Shown: one piece after another, positions 37,290 to 50,224 of the stretch
How positions within the stretch are numbered: position 1 is the first letter of the stretch
Layout: every line of letters starts with the position of its first letter
From: Spizellomyces punctatus DAOM BR117
Taxonomy: Eukaryota
DNA: 64,000 nt
NCBI GenBank assembly: GCA_000182565.2
Contig: KQ257456.1
Strand: one strand, 5' to 3'
Notes under the pieces: model-generated
What the model was told of the DNA's origin: nothing
Databases searched by the model: none
What the model saw: only the letters and a program-made list of their open reading frames with translations
Made by a program: the position numbers and the translations under genes

Positions 37290-40191
37290 ATACTATCCTA
37301 GGTTCTGCCGATGAATTTGAAGAGTTGGAGCGATTGGAGCGTGGAGTGTCGGAAGGGTATGACGGAGGTGAAAGCGAGGAAGAGCGCGAAGAAGAGCGGG
37401 AACGAGAAAGGGAGAGAGAGGAAAAGGAACGTTCTGATAGGGAAGAGAAGCGACGGAGAGTAGAGGAGGAGAGACAGAGATGGTTGGGCAAATTGCGAAT
37501 CTTTCAGAGATATATGTAAGTACCGTGCTAATGTACATGTATTCTGGATGGCGGTTTAACAGATCCAAATGGTATAGAGAACTCCGCGAAACCCATGCCC
37601 TAAAAACCTGGACCCGCCACTCCCATGTCTGGTCCAAGAACGAATCCCATATTTCCAAAGCCACCCGCCGATCGAAATCACATCTTCTCATGTCGCGGTT
37701 AAACACCCATCGACAAAAAGTTGAAAGGTCGCGATTGATTGAGACGGCATTGAGAGTGCTTGAAGAGGAGCATGTGGAGTTTTGGAGGGTGGGATGTAGA
37801 GTTGGCAGTGAGCTTTTGGGACTTGTTATGCCAATTCCCAAAGGCGGTCCTCGACAGTGAGTAACATATCCGCTGATGTTTGGTTTGAGGTGATGCACAG
37901 TATTCACGCGGTGATCTCATGTAGGATTGAGAGGGTCAGAACAATTGATACTGCGTATGTTATTTCTCTTTGCACTCTTCCGTTCCGCGATATGCTCACA
38001 AGGTTTACACAGCCCACCGCCATCGAACGACTATTACGTGCAAAAAGCGCAGGAATTATCACCCATCATCTCTCTTTTTGATCCCTTCCATGAGGTATAC
38101 ATCAAAGAGTTCCGAGCATTTTCATTGTTATCCTAAATTTAAATTCAATGTAGCTGGGAGACGGGGGTTACATGGAAGTACGAGGACACTCAATCCTATC
38201 GAATCGAATGACATCGCTAGTCGAGAAACTTGTTACAAAGCTCGACGACCAGAACCCACCTCCACCAGTCACCGAACCCGAGCCTCAAACTTCATCACCC
38301 CAAGGTCCCATCCTTCATCTCCCCCAAAAACGATTAACCTTCACTACGGACCTCTCGGAAACGACCGCATCGGTACTAACGATATATAATACTGGGTCGA
38401 CGGCTATTAGGTTCGAGATTAGTAAAGTGGAGATGGAGAATGCGGTCGGTGTCAAGGAAGTCAGGGATGGTGTGCAGAGATTTTATTTGAAGAATTGTGG
38501 TGGGATGATATTACCGGGATTGGCGTGGGATGTGGGAGTGGCGTTCAAGAGCTGTCGGCCTGGTGTAAGGCTCCGTTTTTTTTTTTTGTCCCAATCTTTT
38601 GCAGTAGATGGAAAGACTGATTTGGCGGTTTTTGCTGACAGGTCTATACTGAAAAATGGAAGATTATAACGGTGCCTGACGTGGGCGACGCTGAAGAGGA
38701 ACTGGTTGTCACTCTGCAGGTATATCTGACCCAACAGTTGACGTGTGCTCAACAATCCACTGATATCTTGCAATGAACAAATTAGGGAATAGCAATTGAA
38801 CCCGATACGACAGCCTCCAAACGAGTGGCCCTCGAACGCCTTCTCCATCATCGAGAGTGCGTAGATTTGTTCCCGTAGTTTTGTCTCTTCCGTTTATTTC
38901 CTTCCAACTAAACACTGTTGGTCAAACAGAGCAACAACGGCTGCCAAAACTTTCCTCAACTCTCTTTTGACAAGCATTACCAAACCACCGCGCACCAAAC
39001 CACCTAAAGCGACCGCAACCCTCTCTGACAAAAATCCAGGATTGGGGTTGGAGTTTTCAGCGAGGATAGTGGAGAGCTTAGAGTCTCTGGCGCAGGAAGC
39101 GTATCGGGTGGTGGGCGTAGGGTTTGGGTGGGATGGATCGGTATTGACATTGTATAATGTGTGTGTGATCGCGATTTTGGGTACAATCATCTCGAGTACT
39201 AATTGTGATTCCGGTTGATGATTACAGGTCATGAATCAGATTTCCGAGGCAGAGCTCCGATCAACGTATCTGCGCCGCTTAAATGAGTGCATCGATGCGG
39301 CATCAAAGAAGGATGTGGGCAATGGAGAGAGTCTGTTAAATGTTGTGGGGTGAGTTTTGTTCCCATTCATAGAATATTGAGCTGTAGCATTGATGGCTGG
39401 GTAGGTATGATATAGTTGCCTCATTAGCAGACCAGATTGCGGAGACTAGTGAAGTGCTGCGAAAACGAATGGGACTTCCTGTTGTGGTGAGTTTTGTATT
39501 TCTGTGACCCAGAAGGTAAACTTCAGCGCAACTCATTGCGTTGCGCACGCAGAGAGCGGCAACCAAATTCTTTGATGACGAAAAGTTGATTGATTTGGAT
39601 GGAGGGCTGGAAGGTACATGCACGGTTCCGCTCCAATCAGCCCAACTTGAACAAGAAACCTGGCCTTTAACCAATCTTATTTCATTCAAAGGACCTCCCA
39701 GCGGAGCAGGCACAGCGCCCATCGATGCTGCGCGCAGAGCCACGCCCCCAGTGACCCAGCCCTCCGACGCGGGAGACAAGGGCAAGAAAGGCGTAAGTTG
39801 ACAAGAGATCTAATCAGTTCACAAAAGGAACAATTCATGTGGTCTAATCATATTCCATCCATTGTGTGGGCAGTCTGTTGCATCCAAGGAACCAGCAGCC
39901 AAAAAGGCATCAACACCGGGGCCAACTGGCAAACCGGGCACCAAGGGCGGACCAAAAAGCAAAACCGTTGAAATCAATCTACAAGAACCGGAAGCAGCTA
40001 CACCCCATCACCCAATCGTGTTAGCCAAGGTATCAGTCAAGCCTCGCAAGCTCGATTCCTCCAAGGGATGGACACGAGAACGCAGACAGATGGAAGATGC
40101 CTACAAACGGGAATTCAAGCAGGAAGCCTGGCTGGCCGTTGCTTCCGCAATCACCCGATTGTGTGATTTGTTTGCGGACTTGGATGGATAA
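37290..40191 (+). CDS. MYCBP-associated protein-like (ASH/PapD-like domain), multi-exon; true start further upstream, uncertain
   Basis: ALKTWTRHSHVW..SHLLM; LTIYNTGSTAIRFE..RFYLKNCGGMILPG..VAFKSCRPG|VYTEKW. Confidence 0.6.
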
Positions 40192-40607
40192 TTGGCGGAG
40201 CTTTTTGTGTTATAGATATCAATGTAACCTTTTAAGGGTATTATGACGTTATCATGACTGTGCCATGCAATGTGGGATGTGATCATATCAACAAGTGTTC
40301 CAAATTGCGAGATATGATGTAAGATACGGGAAATCTTTTCGAGTGTTTCCGTCATGTGTGTGTGTCGATTTGAACTTGGTGTGATTTGCGGTGATTTGCT
40401 GTTTTGTCGGAGCTTTTTTATCCTAGAGTTTTTGGGGGGAGTTTGCAGAGTAAACGGAATAAAATAAAAGGGCAAGGTTCGCTCCGTCTCCCCCCCGTCG
40501 TTTTTCTTTCATCTTGCCGCCGTCGTCTTTCTCCCTTGAGAGTTGCTCTCCTCTTCTCTGTCTCTACCCGAAGCGTTTCTCTTTTTTTGTATTATTGTAC
40601 GCAAAAC

Positions 40608-41054
40608 ATGGAAGCATACGGACTCGATCTGGATTGGTGCATGGCCGGTTGCGGTCGACACACGCAGAATGGCGGCCTCTACTGCTCCTCCTCTTGCCTA
40701 GAACAAGAATCGAGTCCTTCCTCGCATCATCATCATCATCATACCATACATGGATTCGATCGACAGTCCACTTTCCAAAGCACACTGTCCCAAGATTCCT
40801 CTATAGACTATTACAACTCGCGATCGCACCATTCTTCCGGGCATACAATAACGAGCTTCCCATCCACCTCTCCACCTCGTTCCCACTCTTCACAATCATT
40901 GCTACCATTTCGGAATCGAGGTGGATTGAATTATTCGCTGGCTCGACCGCCATCACCACAGTCCCCTCCTCAACATGTGGGACATTGGGGTGTTTGGGAT
41001 CGGCGGTTGTCATCGTTCTCGTCAACATCATCACAGAGGGATACCGAGTTTTAA
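40608..41054 (+). CDS. Ecl1/2/3-type zinc-binding protein
   Basis: WCMAGCGRHTQNGGLYCSSSC four-Cys motif followed by a Ser-rich tail. Confidence 0.7.
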   Translation: MEAYGLDLDWCMAGCGRHTQNGGLYCSSSCLEQESSPSSHHHHHHTIHGFDRQSTFQSTLSQDSSIDYYNSRSHHSSGHTITSFPSTSPPRSHSSQSLLPFRNRGGLNYSLARPPSPQSPPQHVGHWGVWDRRLSSFSSTSSQRDTEF

Positions 41055-41765
41055 AATTTTTGTTAGAGTTTCTGTGTCTATAGTAATATTATTGTACATA
41101 AATGTTTTCGATGCATGCTGAGAAAGTGTGTCATTTGGACAAAACAACTGATCCTGATGAATTGGATGACTCTCTTCCAATATCGTTCGTTACTGACGCA
41201 CTTTGAGCCCATTGTGGACAACACCTCCTTTACGCTGACCAAAATTCCTCGTCTTACAATATGGCCATGGCCATGGTTGGGTTCGTCAGCAAATTCATAG
41301 TCAACAAAATTAATCCGACACAAGAACCGCCCTCTTCTGTCACCTGCGCTCCCAATGCGGAAAGCCAGGCCAAAGGATCTCCTTTAATAAACCCCAAGTC
41401 TGCAGAGTGTAATTTGGCCGCCAGAACGGAATGACTTATCCGCAGAAATACGGAATTGTTAAATTGCCTCTCTTTTTGATTTTGCGTTTCGCGCAGCGTT
41501 CAACTCGAATTTCAGGGGGGGAAGAGAGATTAGGCCAAATGGATTGTTGGTAAAGGACGCTTCCGATCTCCTTTTGCGTTATTTCGTGGTAACTAGACAA
41601 TAGAAATTGTAGAGAGGCCAATGCACATGGCACATCCTGCTGTCAACCATTCAAAGTTTTGTGAGTTGGTCACGGCGGATAAAAGATGCTGCCCCACACC
41701 TTTGTATAAAAAAGAGACAGCTTGAAGGTTCCCCCGTCGTGACAAGTTCCAAGCACGATTCTATC

Positions 41766-42347
41766 ATGCCTCGCCTCTCCCTCCTTGTAGTGTCGGTTCT
41801 AGCTGCGCTGGCCAATGGCCAGGAAGCGACCAGCATTGGACACCTTGGCCTTCCACACAACATGACACTGGGTCTCATTTCCTTTCAAAACGACTTTATC
41901 GAGCTGGCTGGGCATGGGCAGCGATTCGACCTGCAGTGTGGCACTCTGTTGGGTTCGACGAATGGCCGGATGTGGGCCGGGCCCGAAACTCCTTTAGAGA
42001 TGAGCAAAATTGGAACAGGGTCGGTAGAAGTCGACATTAACGGTAGTCAGTTGTGCTTCCGAACCAACTCTACTCGACCTTGCGTTATCAAGAGTGTGAA
42101 CCTTTTCAACGAAACGCACTTTCGGTCACTTGCAGACTTTCCTCGCGGTTCCATCTTTGATGACTGTTACGAGAGGGGCATCATTACTGTCAAAGAAGGG
42201 CACAAGCCTTGTATCAATCTCCGCTTTCTGAATGTATGTAGTGGGCTAGCGTTAGGGTTCGGCATGCGTTACCCAGGCAGTGATTGCACTCAGGCTTTCC
42301 AGTGCGTGCCGGAGAGCGGGGAATATCTACACAACCAAGAGCTCTAG
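41766..42347 (+). CDS. Secreted Cys-containing hypothetical protein, intronless
   Basis: Signal peptide MPRLSLLVVSVLAALANG; TATA-like tataaaa at ~41705; 8 Cys. Confidence 0.65.
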   Translation: MPRLSLLVVSVLAALANGQEATSIGHLGLPHNMTLGLISFQNDFIELAGHGQRFDLQCGTLLGSTNGRMWAGPETPLEMSKIGTGSVEVDINGSQLCFRTNSTRPCVIKSVNLFNETHFRSLADFPRGSIFDDCYERGIITVKEGHKPCINLRFLNVCSGLALGFGMRYPGSDCTQAFQCVPESGEYLHNQEL

Positions 42348-44049
42348 TTGTAACGTAGCTGCTCTTTTCGTTGTCTGTAATCTATGGTATTTTGTTGCAT
42401 ACTATGGGCTATGATTCGGGGGAGGAAATATGACAAGTCCAGCGCTCTAGTATGTGCATGGGAGGGGTACTGAATCCAAACATTTCCAGTGCCAATATTA
42501 AAATTTCTTTTTTGCCCTGCCCAATGATCGGAACCCAAACATGTTTTGTTTATTTTGGAAATGTAAAACCCATCCTCAAAAACCTGGCAAGAAGTATGTG
42601 GCAACCAGTACGATCATGACAATGCAGAGATGATAAAGTAATGATGATGACAAGCAGAGTAAGACAAAAACGACAACGACGACGACGACCTTTAGTTGTT
42701 TAACAAGTCAGCAAAAGGTGTGAAATTTCACACTTCCAACCTGCGCGTTTCGTGCGTTTTGTTTGCGTCTTTGAAACAAAATCCTTTTGTGTGGAGAGAA
42801 CCCGGGAAGAAAAAAAAAATGGGGGATGACTCGAACTGGCAAAAAAAAAAAAAAACATTCACAGTAGACCAGGGCGAACCTCTAATTTCATCATCGGACT
42901 CAGATCTTGCTTTCTTAGCTTTCTTGGACACGGGCTTGTTTTCGTTTTTCGTACAGCTCTCACCTACTTTTTCTTCACTGCTGAACCACAACAACAGGTA
43001 CATGGTACTTGTTTGTACCAGACTTGTTATACATGTGGATGAGGTTGCTTGTGTGTGATCAGATTCATCATTGAGGTACGGTTGTGGGTGTTCCTTTGGT
43101 TTATCTCATTGAGAGGGCTGGATGGCAAGAGTGGTCGGAGATGAAAAGGAGAAGAAACAAACAATAATGGGCCTGCCCGTTCGCTTTGGCTGGCTGGGAC
43201 GGAAGGAGGGAGAAAAGGGGTGACGAAATTTGACTTTTCCTCAAGGGCGTGACCTACCCTTTTTCCGATCAGCTGGGGGGGGGGGGGGGGGGACTGTGCT
43301 GTATGGATAGATGGGATTTTATTGTTCGTCGTTTTGTGGTGTTTTGGACATTGTGTGCGCAAGTTCGTTCGAAACCCAGAAACCTTGTCGATCTTGGCCA
43401 GCTGGATCTTGTGCGCAGTAGAATCCCCAGTTGAGCAGAAAAAAAAGGACGGGAGGGTGGTCTTTAATTTCGCGCTGCCGCGTAGTTTGACCAGAGTGAC
43501 GGCCAAAAGACCAAATAACACTACCGTGGCAAAGTAGGGTTTCTCCTATTGTTATTTTCAAGGTGGTGATTCGTTGCGAGGGGGAATGGACGGTGGGGAA
43601 GGATTGCTGTGTTTTCTTTGACGTGGGGTTTTTGTTTTAATCTTTTGGCCCGACCTGGTTTTTTTTGGGTGGTTGATCAACCGTTCTTCTTTTTTTTTTT
43701 CTTTTATTAACCTGTACTTTGTACCTTGATTTTCTTATATTCGGTCCGCCCGTTCCCTCCCCATTTATTTGCTCGACTTGCGCTTCTGTCCGCCTGTTTA
43801 CTTCTTTGCGTATTCAAATTCCCCTCGATCTTCCCCCCTATTGTTCGCCAAAAACCTTGTTGTTATAAACGGTGACAAACTTACGAATTGGGATTTTTTT
43901 TCTTCTGCTCGTCATCGTTTGCGACTGCGCACGCGTCGGCTTACTTGAACGCGTTTTCCGCTCTTTTTCTCGCTTGCACACCTTGGCTATTTTTTGGATA
44001 TTCTCGCTCCATCTCGCAACACAACGACGGTGCTGACGCCTGCCACCCG

Positions 44050-45334
44050 ATGCAACTCCTTTACCCATTCTCTCACCACAGCCCCGCAAAGATGATCACT
44101 TCGAATTCCGCTCCACTAGCGGATCCATACCTTCCTCTCCCCATGCATCTCCCACCGCCCGGTTTGCACCAAATGCCCGTTGTTGCTGCGGCAGCGGACT
44201 CAACCTACGACGGCGTCCTCCATTCGGAGGATCCCCTCCTCAACCCCTCCAAGCAACAATATCCCCGCTTTTCCAATCAGCATCTCGCCACGCACCAACA
44301 ACCACAGGCGCAGCAGTTGCCCCATTTCTCAGCTGCGGAGAGCGTGCTCAGGTTTTTGGCAGCGACAGAGTCGAGTCAGGCGGAAAGTATTCTAGCCGGT
44401 GGCGAATTGGATTCTTTTTTGGATGAGGAAGCAGTGTACAGAACGAGTGCAGCATTGAGGGATGATGATATGTTGGAGAGCCGGTTGACGGCCAAGTTTG
44501 CGGAATTGGGTTTGGAAAGGGCCGTTTCATTTGGAAGGGATCGGAATGGATTTCAGCAATCAAATGGATTCGGTACGTGAACAATGTATTTCTGCCAACC
44601 ATTTTCGTCCTGTGTCATATCCTCACAATTTTAGTACATACAGGCAACTACTCATCCGACGCACACCTAAATGACACTACCGCCTCCGTCGTCCGCCCCT
44701 TCCTCTACGACGCATTTTCCTCCAAATACGGAGACGATGACTACCGACCTCCCACATCTATGCAACCAAACTACAAGTCCTTCCGTCCCGGTGGTGCAAA
44801 CCCGCCCAGGTATAGAGAAGAGGACGACCAGGGATTTAGACCTTACACGGCTGTTCCGCCGCCAGGCTACATTTGCAAATTATGGTAATTGGTTCATCAC
44901 TTTCCCTTATCATTCAATCCCAAACGCTCAAACTGTCCTTCTTTTGCCAAAAACAGCTTTGTAGAAGGCCATTGGCTCAAAAACTGCACAATGTACCGCG
45001 AACGCCGACGTGATAATCTCTTTATGCCCGCACCAACGACCAAACCCCGCACGCAACCCGCTCCTCTCCGCCCACCCCCTAAAACAACCATCCCACCCGA
45101 TGGATACGTGTGTCGCAAGTGCCATACACCCGGGCATTGGATTCAACAGTGTTCGGCGCCACATAGACATTCCGTGCCGCCTGAGGGGTATACGTGCAAG
45201 GTATGTTCCTGTTGCTATTCATCAGAACCTATAGTGGAGCTCGTGAATTCATTATGGTTGGGTTTTCCTAGATTTGCTTGGTGAAAGGTCATTGGATCCA
45301 TCAATGTCCACAGCGACTCCCGAGAGCTTTCTGA
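44050..45334 (+). CDS. Protein with three CX2CX3GHX4C zinc knuckles, multi-exon; start approximate
   Basis: PPPGYICKLCFVEGHWLKNC, PPDGYVCRKCHTPGHWIQQC and PPEGYTCKICLVKGHWIHQC after splicing. Confidence 0.8.
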
Positions 45335-45916
45335 TATGGTCCTCTCGTACCGTCGCCTCTGAAAAGCGATTGATTGAACCATGATCATCCATTGGATGAG
45401 CTCGTTCACTATGGTGTTGGAATGTTTGTACGCTTCTGGGCTATTTTTTTTGTTATGATTTGTATCATTTCTTTTTTTTGTTTTGTTTTGTTTGGGTTCG
45501 TGATTAGTAGTCATGTTGTGCGTGTCTGTGTGTTGGGTTAGAGTGGGGATTCTGTGGTGCGTCTTGGTTGTTTTGAGTTTTTGTCGGAATGTGGGTATTA
45601 GTATTTTTCTTTGTTGTTTTTCTTTTTGTTTTATCGGTGAGGTATGGGTAGGGATGCATGTAGAGCTTTTTTATTGCTTTATTTTTTGGGCGATTTCTGT
45701 ACGTGTGTGGAATGATTGTTTGTTTTCATGCGGGTTTTGGTCTTGTTGGTATAGTTTTTCTTTTTTTTTGGTGCGTTCATCTTGGTGGGTTTTTATAATG
45801 AAATAATAAATTATGAAAAAAACATGAATGACATTACAAATGCTGGTACACATTGATTCACACATGTCCTCCCAGTCATCGAGAAAAAGCTCTAAATAGC
45901 TTCCACTACCCCAATT

Positions 45917-48233
45917 TCAAGCCCTCTCAGTCCGCTTATATTCGACAAAAGCCCTCAAATTTACAATAGCCAAATCAGCAGCCTCACGGACATCTCTGAA
46001 TCGCCTCTTGTCGACCGTTTTGACTTTTGTTCTCAAAACGGGTATCAGTTCCATGAGGGTTTTCAGAAACCGTCCTTCAACAAAGACGGGGAGGTCATAA
46101 TCGTAGGACGCATCAGCGTAAATATCAAAAAGGGCGTTGAGGATTTCGATGACGACGGTTACAGGGGCTGTGGGGAGGTGGTTGACGAGTGTGTGACCGA
46201 TTTTCTGCAAAGTTACGGATGATTTAGTACTGAAAAATCGGATGATCATTCCATAAAGACAAACTTACCCGATTCATCTCGACGTTTCCCTGCACTTTAG
46301 CCAAAACACCCAATACACCTACACATTTGCTTTGAACGGCTTCATCGCCCTGTTTCGCTCCCTCACACAATCTATCAATCTGCTCAACGGTCGGGATAAT
46401 CTTCCCAGTGCCTTCCAAACATCTCGCCAAAGCCCATAGAGCGCCAACACATGCTTCAAGTGTTTCTCCATTCGATTGTTGGGCGATGGTGAATAGCTCT
46501 ACCCAAAGCTGCTCGGGGTTGGGGGTAGCCATGAGAGCCTTCTGTCCCGCCGACGTAGAAAGAATGTTTGTCAATGCTGTCAGTGCTCTATTTTGAAGGT
46601 TTTGTAGGCGCGTGAGAGTAGGTGCTTGCTGGGGGATACTGAGACGGAGTAGAGTAGCGAGGAGAGTGGGGTGGGATTGCAGGATTGGGAGACGGGGATC
46701 GTTGGACGGCTCAATATCCATTCCACTGTCATGGACGTCTGTATCGTTTTCCATCATTGTGATCGCTTCGTCTACTTCTTCTTCATCATCGTTGCTAGTC
46801 TGAGAAGCATCTTCCCATGCATCAGAATTGGGCATGTCGTCGGAAAATATATTGGAAAGAATCTCAAGGGAGAGTTGAAGCGTTTCCAAATTTGATCCAA
46901 TGGACTGAAGCTTGTGGTTTTCTTTTTCGTTCATTTTACTCACGTCCATTTCCTCCCCGTCCTTCATGTCGGGCATCGAGGTCTCGCTCATTGCTTTGGC
47001 AACATTTGCTGCCGTTTGGATGGCACCCGGGACGTCGTAGTCCAGAGTACTTGTCACCCCCGATACCATTGCAACATACAATTGATGTTGCTGTTCTTCG
47101 GGAACGGTCGACCGAACATTGTATAGAATACCTGCCGAAAGCGCTCGAAGAAGGATCCGGTTCTCGTCCCAAACTGTGTACGCTTGTACAGTGCCAGATG
47201 CGATAGATGCAAGGAGGGTGGTGTACTCTGGGTGTGAGGTGAAGTAGTTGTGGCAGGGGATGTTGTCTTCTGTGAGGGTATTGAGGCATTGGGCTATGAC
47301 GAGATGGTTAGGCATTGTATCCCCCGATAAACTGTGTAATGGGCTTACCAGCTACTTGGACTAGGCTCCAGGGAACGTTGTGAGCGGGGTTAATAATGTC
47401 CATAAGGAAGGGGATGATGGGTGATGTGGTAATGGTCTTGACTGCGTCGTCCAGAGTCTCACTGCTCTTTTTCGATTAGCTCTGGTAAAAGGAAGATCAG
47501 AAAGTCAAACCTTACCTCAAACTCCACAAGAGAGCCACAACTTGCTCTGCAAAATCAAACGCGACACGACGCTGTGTTTGCTCTGTCTTGTCTGTGGTTG
47601 GTTCTCCACTAAGGACTTTTGCGATCCACTCGCTTATCTAGATGCAAAAAGGTGTTACATAAAATCTTCATTTGCGAACAGCCATGAAACGACTCTCATC
47701 AAACCTTGGGCGTCAACGCAAGCAACGGCGTCAAAACATTCTTTTTGAACATCTCTTTGCAAACGTCCTCACCACCAACGACTGCCAAATTCCTGACAAC
47801 AATCATCCATCAATCTTTCGTTACACCATAAAAGAAACGTACTGCAATACCCTACCTCAAAGCCCCAGCTCCTTCCAAAGCCACCTCCACTTGTGGATCA
47901 CTCAAGAGTCTCAGCAAAGCATCGACTAACCCTCCGCTCAACAGTTTCTTGCGTGTATCTTGGTCAAGAACTAGGTTTGACAAGGCGGTAGCGGCCCAGG
48001 CGCGGTCTTCTGGAGAGAAAGAAGCAAGCTAAAATAGATTTAGTGAACCAGTTCATATCAAGATAGAAGAGTTAGTTACTATGAACCTTCTTGACGATAG
48101 GGAGGATTCCTGGGGTTTGTTCCTGCTGTTGCAAGGAAGACGACGAGAGAACGACGGGTGGTCCGCTGAGACCCGTCGGATCTGTTCTGTGCTTCCGCGC
48201 AGTTTTCTTTGTGCTGTTTGTGCTCTTGCCCAT
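45917..48233 (-). CDS. SYO1: Symportin Syo1 / HEATR3 (ARM-HEAT), multi-exon
   Basis: MGKSTNSTKKTARKHRTDPTGL start; RAWAATALSNLV; AQCLNTLTEDN; acidic loop; ILNALFDIYADASYDYD...NLRAFVEYK. Confidence 0.85.
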
Positions 48234-49083
48234 CTTGTCCAAGTCAAGAATGCGGTTCGCTTGGCCAAAATGCAAAGGTAAAAGTGCATTGAAAGTCTAA
48301 ACCAAAAGGACAAAAAGAATTCAGATGGTCATGTGATCTGCAGAGACACGACGCGAATGACTTTTGGAATTGCAACACACTTGTCTTTTGAGGACGAGCT
48401 CATGGAATGGACACTTTATTCCAGTCAATAGCTCTAAGCAACCCGCGAACCCCACTATCATCATCCACTTCTCCAGATTTCTCTGACCCAATATCAGGTT
48501 AGTTTTCACAGTTTGACTTGGTTGGTAATATCATGGTTCAAACTCTCGAACAGAAGATGAGCCCTCCCATGTCGAGGCATGCACTTCCGACGAGATAGTA
48601 AAAGAAACCTACAAAGGTACGTTACATACGATCTACATTATATCATATTCATCATTTACATAACAGTTGTCCAAAGCAACCCAGAAACAAGCCGTTGAGA
48701 GTGTGAAAGCCATTGTAGACAGTTTGGACGATGATGCGTGGATGTTTGTGCGAAATAAAGTTGTGAAACGGCGGGGTTGTGCAGGGAAACGGAATAAGAG
48801 AATTGGAGAGGAGATTGCAGAGTGGTTAAGGGTTAATCCGTAGGGATATTGTCCTCGGCGAGGGGAAAAAGTTTGTAGGGCACCGCATGCACTATGCATC
48901 TTTTAGGCTCAGCAAGGTTTTTTGGGCCGCCACGAAGAGGCCCACTTTGCTATATGTACCATATAATCATAATAGAACCTTTGCATAAATTGCCATCCCT
49001 TCCCTGTCGTCGGTTCATATGACTGGATCCTCGCATTGAATAAGACAATACTGCACCGAATCATGTACCCCCTTTAGTATTTG

Positions 49084-49299
49084 ATCAAAAAACATAACGC
49101 AGGCCCCCTTTCACCCGCCGAGGCCCTCTCTATGACTGCCCTCCCCCTTAGGAACAATCATAGAGCTCCAATCCGAAGATGGAGGTAGCTGCTCACACCA
49201 CGCGCACTACAGTCCAAGCCAACCAATTCACACACGGGGAGTCGAACGCCGGTCAGTCGAGTCGCACGTCTGCGCCTTAACCAACTGGACTATTCGGCC
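49084..49299 (-). mobile_element. tRNA-headed SINE-like / Pol III element (~215 bp)
   Basis: Minus strand begins GGCCGAATAGTCCAGTTGGTTAAGGCG (A box) ... GTTCGACTC (B box); structured body; T6 near the 3' end; second partial copy at 28304. Confidence 0.8.
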
Positions 49300-50224
49300 C
49301 CCTTAACTCCCATGTGTATATACGGGCATCTAAAGGAGACCGGGTTGGTCCCCCTGGATTCTGTCTTCCTGACGCGCTGATCTAATCGGTCACGTGTCGC
49401 GTGTCCGAATCTCAGACCGTGGCAGACTTTTCAGAACGAATTTAGCTGTAGCATTGGCCACAAAGGTAATGAGATTGTGGTATATCAGACTTAATATTCC
49501 GATTTGAGATGAAGAGCATACATGAGCACGCTGTTGCTAGCCATTCATAAGGAAAAGATGGCCCAACGCGGAAGCAATCTTGGTTAGCTCTATGTGGTAG
49601 TAAGCTCCCAACCGCCTAGCAGAAGGAAACTTGTTCCAAAGAAATCAAGTTGACAAGGCGTAGAAAGATATTCTGTGAGCGTCGTCTGTTTTGGCACAAC
49701 ATTCGCCGGGGTAAGGGTCTGCATTGCACCGGCAGTAACCGATAATTTAAAAAAGGGTGTCCTTGACGTCGCTATTGAACGCAATAGCACTGTACACTTG
49801 ATTACATCCCATGAACGGCCCTGACTTCCATAATAATGCTTGTTTTTTGGTATATTGTTGAAGGGTATTCAATGTATCGCGGGGCATTTGGACTAGATTG
49901 TGCATTAATGCGATATACTGCGTAAATCTTTCATGGAAACAGTATAGTGGTCAATCGGTTCAGACACATCAAAATGGCTTGCGGACCTGGCGGCGTGATG
50001 TCGGATACCTCTGCATCTGTCATCGATCACAGTTCATGCAGATAAGACCATTTGAAAAGATAATGCCCAGCACTTTCACATAGCGCGATAGGTTGCTTGT
50101 ATGAAGAGTATAATGCCCAAAGTTGGTACATGAACTCTTATTTTAAATTACACACCACTACAATTACAACATGTGCCTTTATCTCTCATGACTCTAAATA
50201 ACCACCTCTTGTTCAATCATTTGT

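Noticed and set aside
49225-49299. Functional tRNA gene on the minus strand
   Set aside because: A and B boxes are present, but acceptor and T stems do not pair and the anticodon arm is irregular; treated as a SINE head
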